Shown: in pieces, positions 12,454 through 26,909 of the stretch | Layout: each line of letters opens with the position of its first letter | Numbering within the stretch: the stretch's first letter is position 1 | Assembly: GCF_009914755.1 (NCBI RefSeq) | Contig: NC_060926.1 | Length of the DNA stretch: 64,000 bases | From: the human T2T-CHM13v2.0 reference genome, Homo sapiens | Reading direction: 5' to 3' (one strand) | Notes under the pieces: generated by a model | Told to the model about the DNA's origin: nothing | The model's database searches: none | What the model saw: only the letters and a program-made list of their open reading frames with translations | Position numbers and translations under genes: made by a program

Positions 12454-15400
12454 GAATTCAGAGCAGGATTTTACAGATAGGCAGAAGCTCCTTGATGCCT
12501 GTTGGAGAGAATGCTCAAAGGCTTTAATAAGTTTGCTTGGCAAATGATGCAATTGAGTGCTGTCTCTGAAAAGAGGATAGGCCCCCATTTTCAGGTTACT
12601 TGGGGAATTCGGGGATCCAAAGATGTTCTAGAAGATCCCAAGATGTTCCAAATCTTGGGGAATCTCTTCATGGCTTCCTGCTTCTGCAGGCAAGAGAGGC
12701 AAAGAAGTGGGTGCCTAGGTTTAGCTGGGTTTGCCCCCTGGTAATCCAGAGAGAGATCACAGAAGACTGCTGGTCAGAAAAATCAGTGTTGAAGTTACTT
12801 ACAGGGCTCTAGAGGAAGTTGCTATGTTGGTTTAATCTTACGGTACCTACAACCAATGCTTCCAGCATTTGGCTTAAGTTTTCCTGCTGGCTTCTAAGAG
12901 GTAGCCCTTGGACAGTACCAGCATCTAAGCAATGTGACATCACTTTCCTTTTCTGTGGTTTTCAGCATTCAGAAGATTAACCTTCCTGTACTTCCCAGTT
13001 TAACAAATGAATTTAGGTACAAATGCTAGAAACTTAATTCACAGCTCTCTTCAGAAATAATTATGTTTTTAAAAGGCATGCTGGGGTAGGTCAGCGTGCG
13101 ATCCAAAATAATGTATCTCTGAGGTGGATATTTAAAAGAGGGGACTTACTTTGCATGTGTCTGGGAGATCCAGGGAGCTGAGAGAGCCTTCTACCTTCAG
13201 ATGGGACCACTGGGGCTCCTGCTGATGCTATAAACCTTGTGTCCATGGCTGAGTAGTGTGATGCCAGGAAAGACCCCCGGCTTTGGGGTCAGAAGACCTA
13301 AATTCAAATGCTGCAGCCCTCACTAGCTGTGTGGCCTCAGGGAGTTCACTTGACCTGTCTGGCCTGTATTTTCCCACTCAGAAATGACTGTGCTAAAATC
13401 TTGCCTTCTTTATAGGATGGTTGCAGGTATTAAGATGAAAAAAAATGGGTATGAAAGCCTTGGTGAAACCAGAAAGATTAATATTAGAGATTAGTATTGG
13501 ATCAAGCCAAGTAAATTCTATCTCCTTTGTCGATGATTTGGTTTTCTTCTGTTTGTGGTTTCCTCCTCTCACTTCCTTATTATGCGGAGATTGAACAATT
13601 ACACTTGGGTATGGTTTATTACACATAAGAATACAAAAACCAATGATACGCCCACATGAAGTTCCCCCTTATAATAGTCATCATAAAATATGCATGGACA
13701 TTTAAATGTATAACCCAGGATGTCTTCTAATTGTCATTACATGTTGAAGATAATGAAGAATTTGAGTTTATATAGGTCATGTCCAATTGATGCGAAAAAA
13801 ATTTCTGTGTAAGAGGTTGGAAGTGTTCATGTTGTTCAGTATTTGCCTAATCCAGTGAAGAAAATAAGGTATCCCTTTGAGAAAGCCTGGATTGTTTTTA
13901 GTTGATTGAAACCTAATTTAAATGGACCATGATCAAATGCTTCTGAAGACTAAAGATTTAGTGAACCTTAAATTGCAAATCAGAGAGATGTGAACAAGCA
14001 AGCGGCAGACTCACACAAGGGCAAAGAATGGATATGTGCACTCACCAAAGTGGTCCTCTAGGCTGTAGCTGCCCAGTCACAATGTAGAGATGCCTGGTTG
14101 CATGTTAATGTTCCTTTTCCAGACACCATTTGTATGTGGATCCCTAGGAATCGAAATTATCGTGTGGGATGTGTCATTTTAGTTAATATTGGATGACTCT
14201 TGATAGCCTTACCTGTTTTGGACAAAAGAGATGGAGAGATGGACCACATTTGTGCTCTTTCCAAGGAATTAACACTTAAAGGAATGTTTTGTGGGTTAGG
14301 GACTTTGTCTTCCAAGTGGGGCATTAAACCCCTGATGTGTAACATTTTTGCCTCCTATCATTTTTGTAGTTTTTTTTTTCTGCGCCCAAACTGAACCTCC
14401 CCCCATGCCCTGCATTGGTTCTTCCAGTCTTTTTGCCCCCGTCTCAGGGTAAGTGCAGGCCAGACAGAGACATTGCCGGTAGGCTCAGCTTTAATGAGAA
14501 GACTGGACACGGGAATAGGCAATACAAAAGAATGAAAGAGAGGAGAGTGAGGCTGGGCTGGCAGGGTTATGGGGTAGAGGGAAGAGAGATGATGGCAGAT
14601 ACGAATCCAAAGCGGGTGCCTGGCACATTGCAGGCCTTCCATACACGCATGGATGGTTCTTTCATTTACTGTTTAGCTTTTACCATGTGCCAGGTTCTAT
14701 GAATAGAGGAGAAACACAGCCAGCTGTAGGGAGTGCAGGTCTGTTTTTACTCACTTAACTCGTGGCACATCAAATGACTTGTTCTCTCCTTAGAAAGAAA
14801 CAGAAAATCGATATTCCATTGCTTTTCCATTGGCATTCAGCCCATGCTACTTTTGGGGAAAAAACCCAACTCTAGACATTTTCCTTAAATTATATGCAAA
14901 GGAGACAGAGTCACATGCACCCTTGGTGCTCAGAGATGCAGTGGTGGATGGCATCATCCAGGAGGGTGTGATGTGGCTGGAGTTCAGGTGACCTAGAGAA
15001 CGGTCTCAGGCTGTCCCCCATCCCTCTTGGCTTGGCATCGTGCTTGCCAAACTTGGGAGTCGAGCCCAGAGTGATTATATATTTTTTTGTATGCCTGCTA
15101 TGGCCATTGGCAGCTGCTTTGCCAATAGATCTGCAGTGAGGTTTACCATGACAACTGCTAGGAGGGCCACCCCGGCCCCCATGTGGGAGGGTCAGCTGGA
15201 GAATCTTGTCATGTGACACAGACAACCTCGGTGAAGAGAGAGGAACCCAGAGGTCAAGTTCACACTAGGTCAAATATGTGTTCTCGAGACTAGTTAAAAT
15301 CCACATTTAGGAACCATAACACTGTAATAGTGCTTAAACCTTCATGATGAAGCCCTCCTCCGGCCCATGGGCCTGCTGAGGATGCCGCCCGCCCCCTGCC

Positions 15401-15992
15401 TGCTCTGCTTTATCGAAGTTTTTGCTGCCCAGTGAACCCTGGGCCCTTAGGAAGCCTGACTTGTTGAAAAGACCTTTGACAACCACAGGGTTTTGCTGTT
15501 TCTGACCCTGTTATTTGTTGTCTTGGATATTTCAGACGTACTCAAACATGTTCGAGAGCTCAAATTAAATTTTCCTAAAGTGCAGATTTTGCTTCCCAGT
15601 CCTTCCTAGCAATGAACAGAGGCGACTTGGAGTGTGAGGGCTATGTCACCACCCTTTTAATACGGACCAAAATCAGGTCCAGCAGAGAGGAGCTGCCGAT
15701 GGGGTGGGGGTAACTTGTGTGGTGCTGTGGAGCTTACAGAGAGCATTTTCTTGATCTTCACACCCTGTAGTGTCATTGAGGCAGGGATGCTTTATTAACC
15801 CTATTCCAGACAGTGGGGCAGTGCTCAGATGCCACTGCAGATCTTGTGGCTCTTCCTACTGCCCTGGGCTTCCTGGACATCCAGTGCTGTGACATTCTTT
15901 CTTGAGGTCTTGGTCTGAAAACTGTCCTGACAGTCCTCAGTTATCTGGATTGGCTTCCACTGCCTAACTTCACATCATGATTTTCCAAGCTA

Positions 15993-16420
15993 TGTGAGTT
16001 TTCTCGGGCTTCTGTAACAAGTTCCACAAGCTGGGTGACTTAGAACGATAGAAATGTATTGTCTCACAGTTCTGCAGTCCAGAAGTCCAATGTCAAGGTG
16101 TTGATAGCGTTACTTCCTTCTGAAGGCAGTTCTAGGCCTCTCTCCTTGGCCTGTAGATGGCCGTCTCTTCCCTGTGTCTTTATACATTGTCTTGTGTGTG
16201 TGTCTGTCTCTGTGTCCAAATTTCCCCTTTTTATAAGGACATCAGTCATACTGTATTAGGGCCTCCACTCCCCGCCCCCCCCCACCAATGATCCCATTTT
16301 ACCTTGATTACCTCTGTAAAGAACCTATCTCCAACAGTGGTCACATTCTGAGGTACTTGGGGTTAGGACTTCAACACTTTGTTTTTTTTTTTCTAGGGGG
16401 AGTACAATTCAATTCATGAT
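15993..16420 (-). mobile_element. MLT1 (MLT1A/B-like) LTR
   Basis: GTAACAAGTTCCACAAGCTGGGTGACTTAGAAC...TCTCACAGTTCTG...GTCACATTCTGAGGTACTTGGGGTTAGGACTTCAACA pattern. Confidence 0.75.
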
Positions 16421-17083
16421 GTAAGCCTGCGGATGCCTTGCACATAGGTTGGAGAGATGGGCTATTCAGAGTTGGCTCATTCCTGGGGCACTTGGGAACC
16501 CTAGCAGCTGACCCAAGGATGGGTGGGCGGGGCTTTGACTGGGCCCCTGCCACACAATCTGTGACTGTGGATCTAATTTGGTTACTTTTCTACTGCAGCA
16601 GCTCTGGCTGCTCCAGGGGGTGTTAGGAGAGATGAGGAATTGGCCACAGGTAATTTTGGTGATGCCTCTGGCCATTTTTACTGGGGCTCTTTTAAAGAGA
16701 TTCTAGGTTGGTGTTTCTTACACATGAATGTCCAGCGGGACCACTGGAAGGGTTTGTTAAAATGTTGAAAGTTGTTAAATTCAACAAATTGAATCAAAAT
16801 CTTTGGGGTTTTTAACAAGCATCCCAAATCATGCTGATGGAGGTGGCCCACAGTTTGAGAAACTGATCTGGAAGGAACTCAGTCCTGGGCAATATTTATG
16901 ACCCTTTATGTGGGAATTTAAAGGCCAACCTCAACGCTTAGCAATTTAGAGAAACCTCTCAAGCAAGGCAGGAACCCTCTAAACATTGGGATAGCTCGGA
17001 TTTGAAGAATGTATATACAGTCAAAGATTGCTGCACATGCAGTTTTTACATCCAGTTTTTCTTTAGTTAGTTGAATGTTTGAA

Positions 17084-17384
17084 GTATATATGTGTATTTT
17101 TGGGAGAGCTGGAAATTTGCAAAATTGTTGCTGCATCAGTGATTATGTAGAGTGCCTTTTAAAAAAGATTTAAACACTTTGGAACAGTTGGGTGTTTTCT
17201 TCCACTAATTTTTTTTAATTACAAAATTTTTAAAGTTATATACATGTATATTTTTGCGAGAGCTGGAAATTTGCAAAATTGTTGCTGCATCAGTGATTAC
17301 ATAGAGTGCCTTTTAAAAAAGATTTTTTGGAACATTTGGGTGTTTTTTTCCACAAATTTTTTTTAATTACAAAATTTTTAAAGT
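17084..17384. repeat. Two-copy tandem duplication, unit ~154 bp
   Basis: GAGAGCTGGAAATTTGCAAAATTGTTGCTGCATCAGTGATTA at 17104 and 17258; both copies end ACAAAATTTTTAAAGT. Confidence 0.93.
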
Positions 17385-17620
17385 ACACACAAACATAGAA
17401 GCTGCCCATCAGGGTCATGTTTTTAAAAGCTCCCTGATGTGGTAGTTAAGTACAATGATTTATACATAAAGGAGAAACTATGGTCTTATCTTTCTGTAAA
17501 TGCGTGTTTTACTAATGGTTTCCTGCTTTCTTAGTGGAGAGAAAATATTACATAATTTGTTGGTGTGACACAAATTGGTTGTTTTCGTACTTATGGAAAA
17601 ATACATCAGGGTTGTATTTG

Positions 17621-19543
17621 CAAGCATACCTCAGATATGGAGGGTTCAGTTCCAGCAAATATCTCAATAAAGTGAGTCACAAATTTTTTGGTTTCCCAGT
17701 ACATGTAAAACTCATGTTTATATACTATATTGTAGACTATTAAGTGTACAATAATAGCATTATGTCTAAAAAGGCAAGTGTATACCTTAATTAAAAATAT
17801 TTTGTTACTAAAAAATGGAATGATCAAGTCAGCCTTGAGTGAGTCATTATCTTTTTGCTAGTGGAAGGTCTTGCCTTGATATGGCTGGTTGCTGAAAGTT
17901 GGGGTGGCTGTGACACTTTCTTTAAAATAAGAAAATGATGAAGTTTGCTGCACTAATTGACTCTTCCTTTCGTGAAAGCTTTCTCTGTAGCATACAGTGC
18001 TGTTTGATAGCATTTGACCTACTGTATAACTTCTTTCAAAACTGGAGTCGGTCTTCTCAAACGCTACTGCTGCCTTATCATCTATGTTTATATAAAATTA
18101 TAAATTCTTTGTTGTCATTTCAACAATGCTCACAGCATCTTCGCCAGGAGTAGATTCCATCTCAAGAAACCACCTTCTTTGCTCATTCATAAGAAGCAGC
18201 TCCTCATCTCTTCAAGTTCGAACATGAGATTGCAGCAATTCAGTCCCATCTTCAGGCTCCACTTTTAATTCTCTTGCTATTTCCACTACCTCTGCAGTGA
18301 CTTCCTCCACTGAAGTCTTGAACTCCTCCAAGTCATCCATGAGGGCTGGAATCAGCTTCTTCCAAACTCCTGTTAATGTGGATACTTTAATCTCCTCCCG
18401 TAAATCATGAATGTTCTTAATGGCATCTAGAATGGTGAATCCTTTCCAGAAGGTTTTCGATTTACTTTGCCCAAATCCATCAGAGGAATCACTATCTATG
18501 ACAGCTATAGCCTTATGAAATGTATTTCTCAAACAAGAAGACTTGAAAGTTGAAATTACTCTTTGACCCATGGACTACAGAATGGATGATATTTTAGCAG
18601 GCATGAAAATGACGTTAATCTCCACGTACATCTCCATCACAGCTTACAGGTGACCAGGTGCATAGTCAGTGAGGAGTAATATTTTGAAAAGAACCTTTCT
18701 GAGCAATAGGTCTCAACAGTGGGGTTAAAACATTCAGTTAACCATGCTGTAAACACACAGACTGTCATCCAGTCTTTGTTGTTCCATTTACAGAGCACAG
18801 GCGAAGCAGATTTAGCATAATTCTTAAGGGCCCTGAGATTTTTAGATTGGTAAATTAGCTTTGGCTTCAACTTAAAGTCACCAGCTGTGTTAGCTCCTAA
18901 AAGGAGAGTCAGCCCATCCTTTGAAACATTGAGGCCAGGAATTGACTTCTCCTCAGTTTTCTTCAAGAACTTTTTCTTTGCATTCACAACTTGGCTAGCT
19001 GGTGTAAGAGGTCTAGCTCTTGGCCTATCTTGGCTTTCTACATGCCTTCCTCACTTAGCTTTTTATTTAAAGTGAGAGATCTGTGAGTCTTCCGTTCACT
19101 TGAGCCCTTAGAGGCCATTGTAGGGTTATTAATTAGCCTGATTTCAATATTGTTGTGTCTCAGGGAATAGGGAAGCCCAGGGAAAGGGAGAGAGATGAGG
19201 GAACGGCTGGTCGGTGGAGCAGTCAGAACACACACAACATTTCTCAGTTAAGTTTTCTGTCTTATATTGGGTATGATTTGTGGTGCCCCAAAACAATTAC
19301 AATGGTAACATGAAAGATCACCGATCACATATCACTGTAACAGACACATTAATAATGAAAAAGTGTGAAATATTACGAGAATTTCCAGAATGTGACACAG
19401 AGACAGAAAGTGAGCACTTGCTGTTGGGAAAATATTGCCAGTAGACTTGCTGCATGCAAGGTTGTTACAAACCTTCCATTTGTAAGAAACACAGTGTTTG
19501 TGAAGTGCAGTAAAGTGAAGCAAAATAAAATGAGGTCTGCCTG
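17621..19543 (-). mobile_element. Tigger1 DNA transposon, both ends present, internal deletion
   Basis: TIR-like CAAGCATACCTC / GAGGTCTGCCTG followed by TA; minus-strand ORF fragments ([35 protein letters not shown]) are Tigger1 transposase. Confidence 0.93.
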
Positions 19544-21247
19544 TACATGCATATACTGATGTGTGTCTGTTAATTTTTCCTGCCTGTTACGGATTGAGCA
19601 CGTCATGTAGACACAGTCCATTGGATACTGCAATTCTGTGCATACATTGCCATCGAGACCCCAAGACTGTGTGGTTATAAGAAGGAAGTGCCACTGCTTA
19701 CTCCTCTCCTCTCCCTTCTATCTTACCTGCTTTTGTTGCCTTTCTCCTCTTCCTCCCCTTACTTGGTCTCAGTTTGGTTTGTCCTGAATGACAGGCAGTA
19801 TGGCTCAGTGGTTGGAAGTTCAGTCTTTGGAATTAGAATACGGAGCTCCTAATTGACCTTAATACTTTCTCACTGTGTAATCTCGGACAGTCAAGCTTGA
19901 GACCTGAAGCAGGGCTAAGTTAACTCCATTCACAAAATAGGAATAATGATGGTCTCTGTCATCATCCAGGGGCTTGCTACGGGGCTGCATTAGGTAATAC
20001 ATTAAAAACGCATAGAGAGCAGGGCCCCTGCACAGTAATTGACAAAAATGAGCTCTCAGCACCTTTCATTTGTCTGCTCAGGACCACTTCCTCCTGGGTA
20101 CCACTGCTTCTTCCATGCCCCTCTTCTAAGATCCTTGGGGGCTGATCCTGTTTGGTGCTCCCTAAGCAGATTCTATTTGATGCTCCCTAAGCACTCTGAT
20201 TTCACTCTTAGTTGGCTCTGGGTATGGCTGAGCCAGGTAGAAGAGGCATCTGTCCCTTCATCAGCGTTGAGCTCCTGGGAAGCAGGTCCCTTGCTTTGCC
20301 ACAGTACAAGTGCCACAGTACAAATGCTACCTAGGAATAGAATGGAGTTGAGTCGAAGTAGCATTTCTGATTTTGCGATGTTGCTAATGCTGTCCTCTAA
20401 ATACTATAGAAAGAATTCTTTTTCTTTTCTTTGTTTACTCTCACCTTTTGGCAATAATTTCCACTTGTTTTTCTTTCCTGCTTTTTCTCTCTGTACTTTT
20501 CCTTGCCCAGCAGACACTGCTGATTGTGACAGCTTTTTCAAGGGCACAACACCTTACTCTGTTTCCTCCTGCCTTTGCTCTGTAAGGCTGCTCTGGCATG
20601 GCCCAAACTTTGAGATGACTTTTCCTTTCTCCTTGCCAATTTTAGAATCTTTCTGTTCAACATCATCATCTGATAGAGATTTGGGACTAAGTAAAATGAA
20701 TGTTGTATGATTTTCCCTGTAATTTTAGATCCCCAAATACTGCTCTTGGCCAACTACACTATTCCCTGTGGCTTTTTTACTCCACCACATTTGAGTAATA
20801 TTGTTGGCATGGACATAAGTAAACAGTTTGAAAATGTTGTGTTTTGTAAACTAGAAGATGGATGGGCTGGTTTTTTAATGCATGCTCTTGGTTCTGCTGG
20901 GCCAAAGGAAAGATGAATTTGGTCAGTGGATGGGAAGATGAATTGGAGGAAGGTGTTGCTATCCGAAGTTGATGTGGCCAACTTTACTGAACTGATGAGA
21001 TCAGTTATTTAGAGGTGAAAACCGAGTGGCTGGAGGCGACTCTTCGGAGGGATTTAGATAATGCAGTTAGAGGGAATTTTTATAGAGGAGATAGCATGCT
21101 ACCAGTAAGAAGCCACCAATGGAAAATATGATAATAAAGTAAGGAAAATAGAAGGATAAGGATCTTTTGTCTTTGTAAATTTAAACATGTTTTTATTTCT
21201 TTGTAGAATTACCAGACAATTCCAATGTGGCTTTTAATCTTTCATGA

Positions 21248-21649
<402 letters not shown>

Positions 21650-22127
21650 TATTATTGCTATTTTTAATTAAAATGTAGAGTCTCCATCCTCCCATATGCA
21701 TTTCATGTTCACACCATAGCGAGTAGACAGTTAACACTTAGCATCTTCAAAATATGATTATTGTAAAAGCTATTTAAATGAGCCGAGACTTATCACTTCA
21801 CCTTCATAAATCATTTACTACAATGATTCAAGGGTGAGGATACTCCTGCCTCTTCATTGGCTGTGAAACTTCAAGCAGATTAATGAACTCCTCTGAGACT
21901 TTTCTCAACCTTCAGACGGGAAGAGTACCCTCATCACACAACTTCATTCATGTTGTTGTGAATGTCAGGCATACACATCCTCTTTGCTCTGAATGCTTGT
22001 CACATTGCATCACAGACATTTATGTATTGTCTGGCATTGCTGCTTGAATGTGAGCTCTATGAGGGTAGGGATTATACTATAGCCATCTTTTTGTCTTCAG
22101 TACCTGGTAAGCATGTACACCTTTATG

Positions 22128-22160
22128 GAATGAATGAATGAATGAATGAATGAATGAATG
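22128..22160. repeat. (GAAT)n tetranucleotide repeat, probable L2 3' tail
   Basis: About eight GAAT units. Confidence 0.85.
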
Positions 22161-23381
22161 GATTGATTTGTTGTACTTTCACCAAGCTCCTATATAGTAG
22201 GTTTTGGTACACGGAAGGTGTTAAGATGACTTTTTCTTTCTCCCTGCCAATTTTAGAATCTTTCTGCTCAATATCATCATCTGATAGAGATTTGGGACTA
22301 AGTAAAATGAATGTTGTATGATTTTTTTTCCCTCTAATTTTAGATCCCCAAGTACCATGTACTTGAAAAAACTAAAACAGGGTCACAGGCTAGAGAGTGA
22401 CAGGAGCTGGAACTGGAGGTGGGGAGAGGGCTAAAAGAAAGTCTCTATAGGAAGTGACATGTGAGGCCTGTGTGATATGAAAGGGTCTGAGAGAAGAGTA
22501 TTTTAGGCCAACAGAATGGCTAGCACAAAGGCCTTGGAGTGGGGATAGGCCTGGCTTGTTGTGGGAACATAGGTCATTATCGTTGGGTTGTCAGTGAGGG
22601 CTGCTGTAATAGGTGATATAAGATAGGGTTGGATCCCAAGTCAAGTCTTCTAGGCTGTGTGAGGCCACAGATAAGATAACAAGAGGGGACTGTACAACAC
22701 AAGCACAGTCAACACAAGTACTATAAAACACGAGTGCATGCAAGTGTATTTTATTACTAAGAAATTAAAGAAAATAAAGGATTTAGTATTTTTTAAGGCA
22801 TGGAAAAATATCTTACGTAGAAAATTCATTAGATCACTTTGATTGCTATTTTTTATTGATGAGAAAAACTGCACGTGGAACAGTGAAGTACCCAAGTCCA
22901 CACACAAATTATTCTCATGGCCTGACCACCTGCCTGGTGCCCAGATTGCCAGACCAGCCTTGTGCTGACTGGACCTCCGGGTCTCTGCCGAGCTCTCGTG
23001 GAAAGGCAAGACCCTCAGCAGGGAGCTGCGAGGCTGCGGTTTAGGATGAAAGTGTGAGGGTGAAGAAAGCCAAGTCACTGGTCACTATTGTGTTAAAAGT
23101 CAAATTAATGGGGATCCTTACATGGTACTAAATTTAAAAAAATGTTCAATCCTTTAAAAATTGATTAAAAATTTTATTTTGATGATCATAGAAAATCTAC
23201 AGAGAGCTGATAGGATGTGTTAAAGTGGAAGTTAAATATTTTTGGAACATTTGTATGCTCTTCTGAGGTTTTGTTCATCCCCCCCACCTCAACATCTAAT
23301 TTACACGTTGAATTAGTCATTGACTCCGCCTGCCATTTTGTGGTAAAGATCAAGTCAAATGAGGCTCATCACAGTGCTTCA

Positions 23382-23732
<351 letters not shown>

Positions 23733-24947
23733 TTATTAATAAGGTTTTTATGACCAGTTTGTACACTTTTTTTAATAATGTGTTGGTGCATTTCTTGTCT
23801 TGAAAAATGGAATGCATAAAATGTACCCATTTTCAATGAGTTTTTGGTAACTAAAGAATTGGTGTCTCTGATGTTTATATTGACCATCGAGTTTACCAAC
23901 AATGTCTCTGGTACACCTCCTAGAAGTTGGTTTGAAAATAAACAAAAACACCTACATCTCCACTTTAATTCTACCCTCCCTGGAATTTATTTTATTCTCC
24001 TAAAAGTAGGGTTCGTGCAAAGACAAGAATTCTTTCAAGAGAGCCCTGTTTCTTTTATTTTGAGATAGTGAAAAGGTTATGTTAAGTTAGTCCAAAATTT
24101 CATAGTAATTGAAGGTGAAATAATACAGACAATAAGTAAATTAAAGGTAGAGACTGTTTTTGTTTTACTTTTTCATCCATTTAGGAGATTGGCCTACACA
24201 GCGGTTCTCTTTATATACAATAGACCCTCAGTAAGGTTTCTTGATTAGTAAGCATTGCAAGTTACGTTTGTTTCGAGTGGAAGACCAGCTGAAATCCATT
24301 TAAATCAATGAATACTGAGATTATGTTATTAAATGGTTCTTTTTGTTTTACGAGAATGTATATTACAACAAATGTCCCTGTGTAAGTTTGGAATGCTTTG
24401 TTTTGAGTGTTAAAGGCTCTTTTCTCTGGCAAAATTTCCCCATTTCTTCCTTTAATACAGAGTGCTTGAATGGCACCTCACAGACACTTAGCCTCGTGGC
24501 TCTCAAAGTATAGACCCTGGAATGGGGCGTCAGCTCCGCCTGGGAACTTGTTAGAAATGCAAACTCTCCAGCCCTGTTAAACCAGGAGCTCTGGGATGGG
24601 GCCAGCCATCTGTGTTTTAACCAGGCCTCTTGGGGATCCTGATACAGCTGTGGCTTGAGAACCACTGCTCTAGCAGAACCCATCTCCTCCTCCCTTTCCA
24701 CATCCCCCCACCCTACTGTGATCACTTGTGGTGTGATGAGGGGGACAGGGAAATCAGCTCTTTTGGGCTCCAGGCCTTGAGAGTAGAGGCTTCATTTACC
24801 CTTTCCCCCTTCATTTCTGCCTAAGGATGAGTTTATATGGTATAAAGCCCAGTGGAATGGATCATTTTCCCCAGTTTCAGATGGGAACCTTGCAATCGGA
24901 TAAGATGTAGCTGTGTATGTTGTTACTGTTATTATTAATTGTTATTC

Positions 24948-25236
24948 AGAGACAAGGTCTCACTCTGTAACCCAGGCTGGAGAGTAGTGGCGTGATCATA
25001 GCTCACTGTGATCTTGCACTCCTGGGCTCAAGTGATCCTCGTGCCTCAGCCCCCCGAGTAGCTAGGACTACAGATGCATGCCACCATGCCCAGCTATTTT
25101 TTTTTTTTAACTTTTTTGTAGAGGTGAGGTCTCGCTGTGTTGCCCAGGCTGGTCTTGAACTCCTGGCTTCAAGTGATTCTCCAACCTTGGCCTCCCAAAG
25201 TGCTGGGATTACAGGTGTGAGCCACTGCACCTGACC
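24948..25236 (-). mobile_element. AluJ
   Basis: Reverse Alu with J-type motifs (GATCATAGCTCACTG, GGGCTCAAGTGATCCTC). Confidence 0.88.
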
Positions 25237-26518
25237 ACCATGCACATTAATACACATTCTATACTGTATGCTCACTGAGGAGCGGCAAAGAAACCAGTTT
25301 TCATTCAGTGAATATACCTATAAATGTGTTTTGTACCTTTAGGTCTTCCTAATTCTGTTCTGTTCCTTAACATAAAAGATGCCTAAACCACACTTCTTCA
25401 TATTCTTCAAAGCCACATTTATCAAGGTGTGGTTCCAGGACCTCCTACAACAGAACCCCTGTGGGATGCGTAACAAATGCAGGTTGTGGGACTTTCCCAC
25501 ACACCTACCAAATTGGAACCCCTGGTAGTAGACCCCTTGGCCCTCATTTTCACAAGCACCCATCTGACTGATCCACACTGAAGCTTGAGGGCCCTGAGTT
25601 TAAAGTACATATGCTGGAATACAAGATATCAAAAGCGAAGAATGATGAGAAAGAGATTGCAAAATTAATAAAAGTAACGAAGGAGCAACATTTTATTTTA
25701 GAAATAGGTGCCATTACTTGTTTCTAAAATAATTTGAAAGTGAAATGAAGAACAAGCTCTTGTCTAGAGCATACTCTTGGAATTGGCAGGGATTGTGCTT
25801 CCTCGCGTCAAGATCAAGAAGCTCAGATGCAGAGGAGACAGGGCTGTGCTGCCCAGTTGTTCCTTGGGGTCATGCTGACTCCATCCTGGAAGTTGCTGGA
25901 GGAATGCATCATATGTTTGGAAACAGCCCAGTTGAGAATTTCAGCAATGATACACTTTTTTTATTAGATGTGTATTTAGGAAAGGAATTGCCTATTATAA
26001 GACTAGGGCCCTTTGTAGAAGGAGCTGAAAAAGGAGCTGGTTTGCTTGTCCTGTGAAATAGGGACTGTTTTCCCCATTATGCATCTTTTCTTTTCTTTCC
26101 ACAAAATAAATAAATGCAAAGACATGTCACTTGAATGTTGTATAAAAATCAGGTCTTTTAAAAATTACTTGTTTCTCTCCAAGTAGAAAGGCATTTTTTC
26201 CCCAAGGGAAACTTATTAAAATCATCAGTTATTGTAGTAATAGCTATGCCTCCTTAAAAGTAAATAGATTTTTTTTTCTTCCCAGTGCCAGTAGCATGTA
26301 GCTATTTCCAAATATGTTAACTTTTGATGAAGCATCCAAATGTTTAAATATCTTATAAAGGCCACAGTTCTAAGAAATGGTGTTAAAATTTTGAGAAAAT
26401 TCAAATTTGAAGAATTACCTAAATACTAAGTAAATCAAAAAGTATTTGTAACATTAAAAAAAATTTATGTCAAAAATATTTTTTAATGTCAAAAATATTT
26501 TTCAATACTTAAAAAACT

Positions 26519-26792
<274 letters not shown>

Positions 26793-26909
26793 TTAGTCCT
26801 TACTCCTTCAGTCTCAGTTGGGAAAACCATAGAATAATGAAGACAAAGTTACAGATTAAAGCAATAGCTCCATGGTCAAAGTGGACAGTGGAGTTATTAA
26901 ATAGTGTAT

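Noticed and set aside
20039-20710. 223-aa ATG-less ORF
   Set aside because: Non-ATG start, S/L/F-rich translation of pyrimidine-rich intron, no recognisable domain
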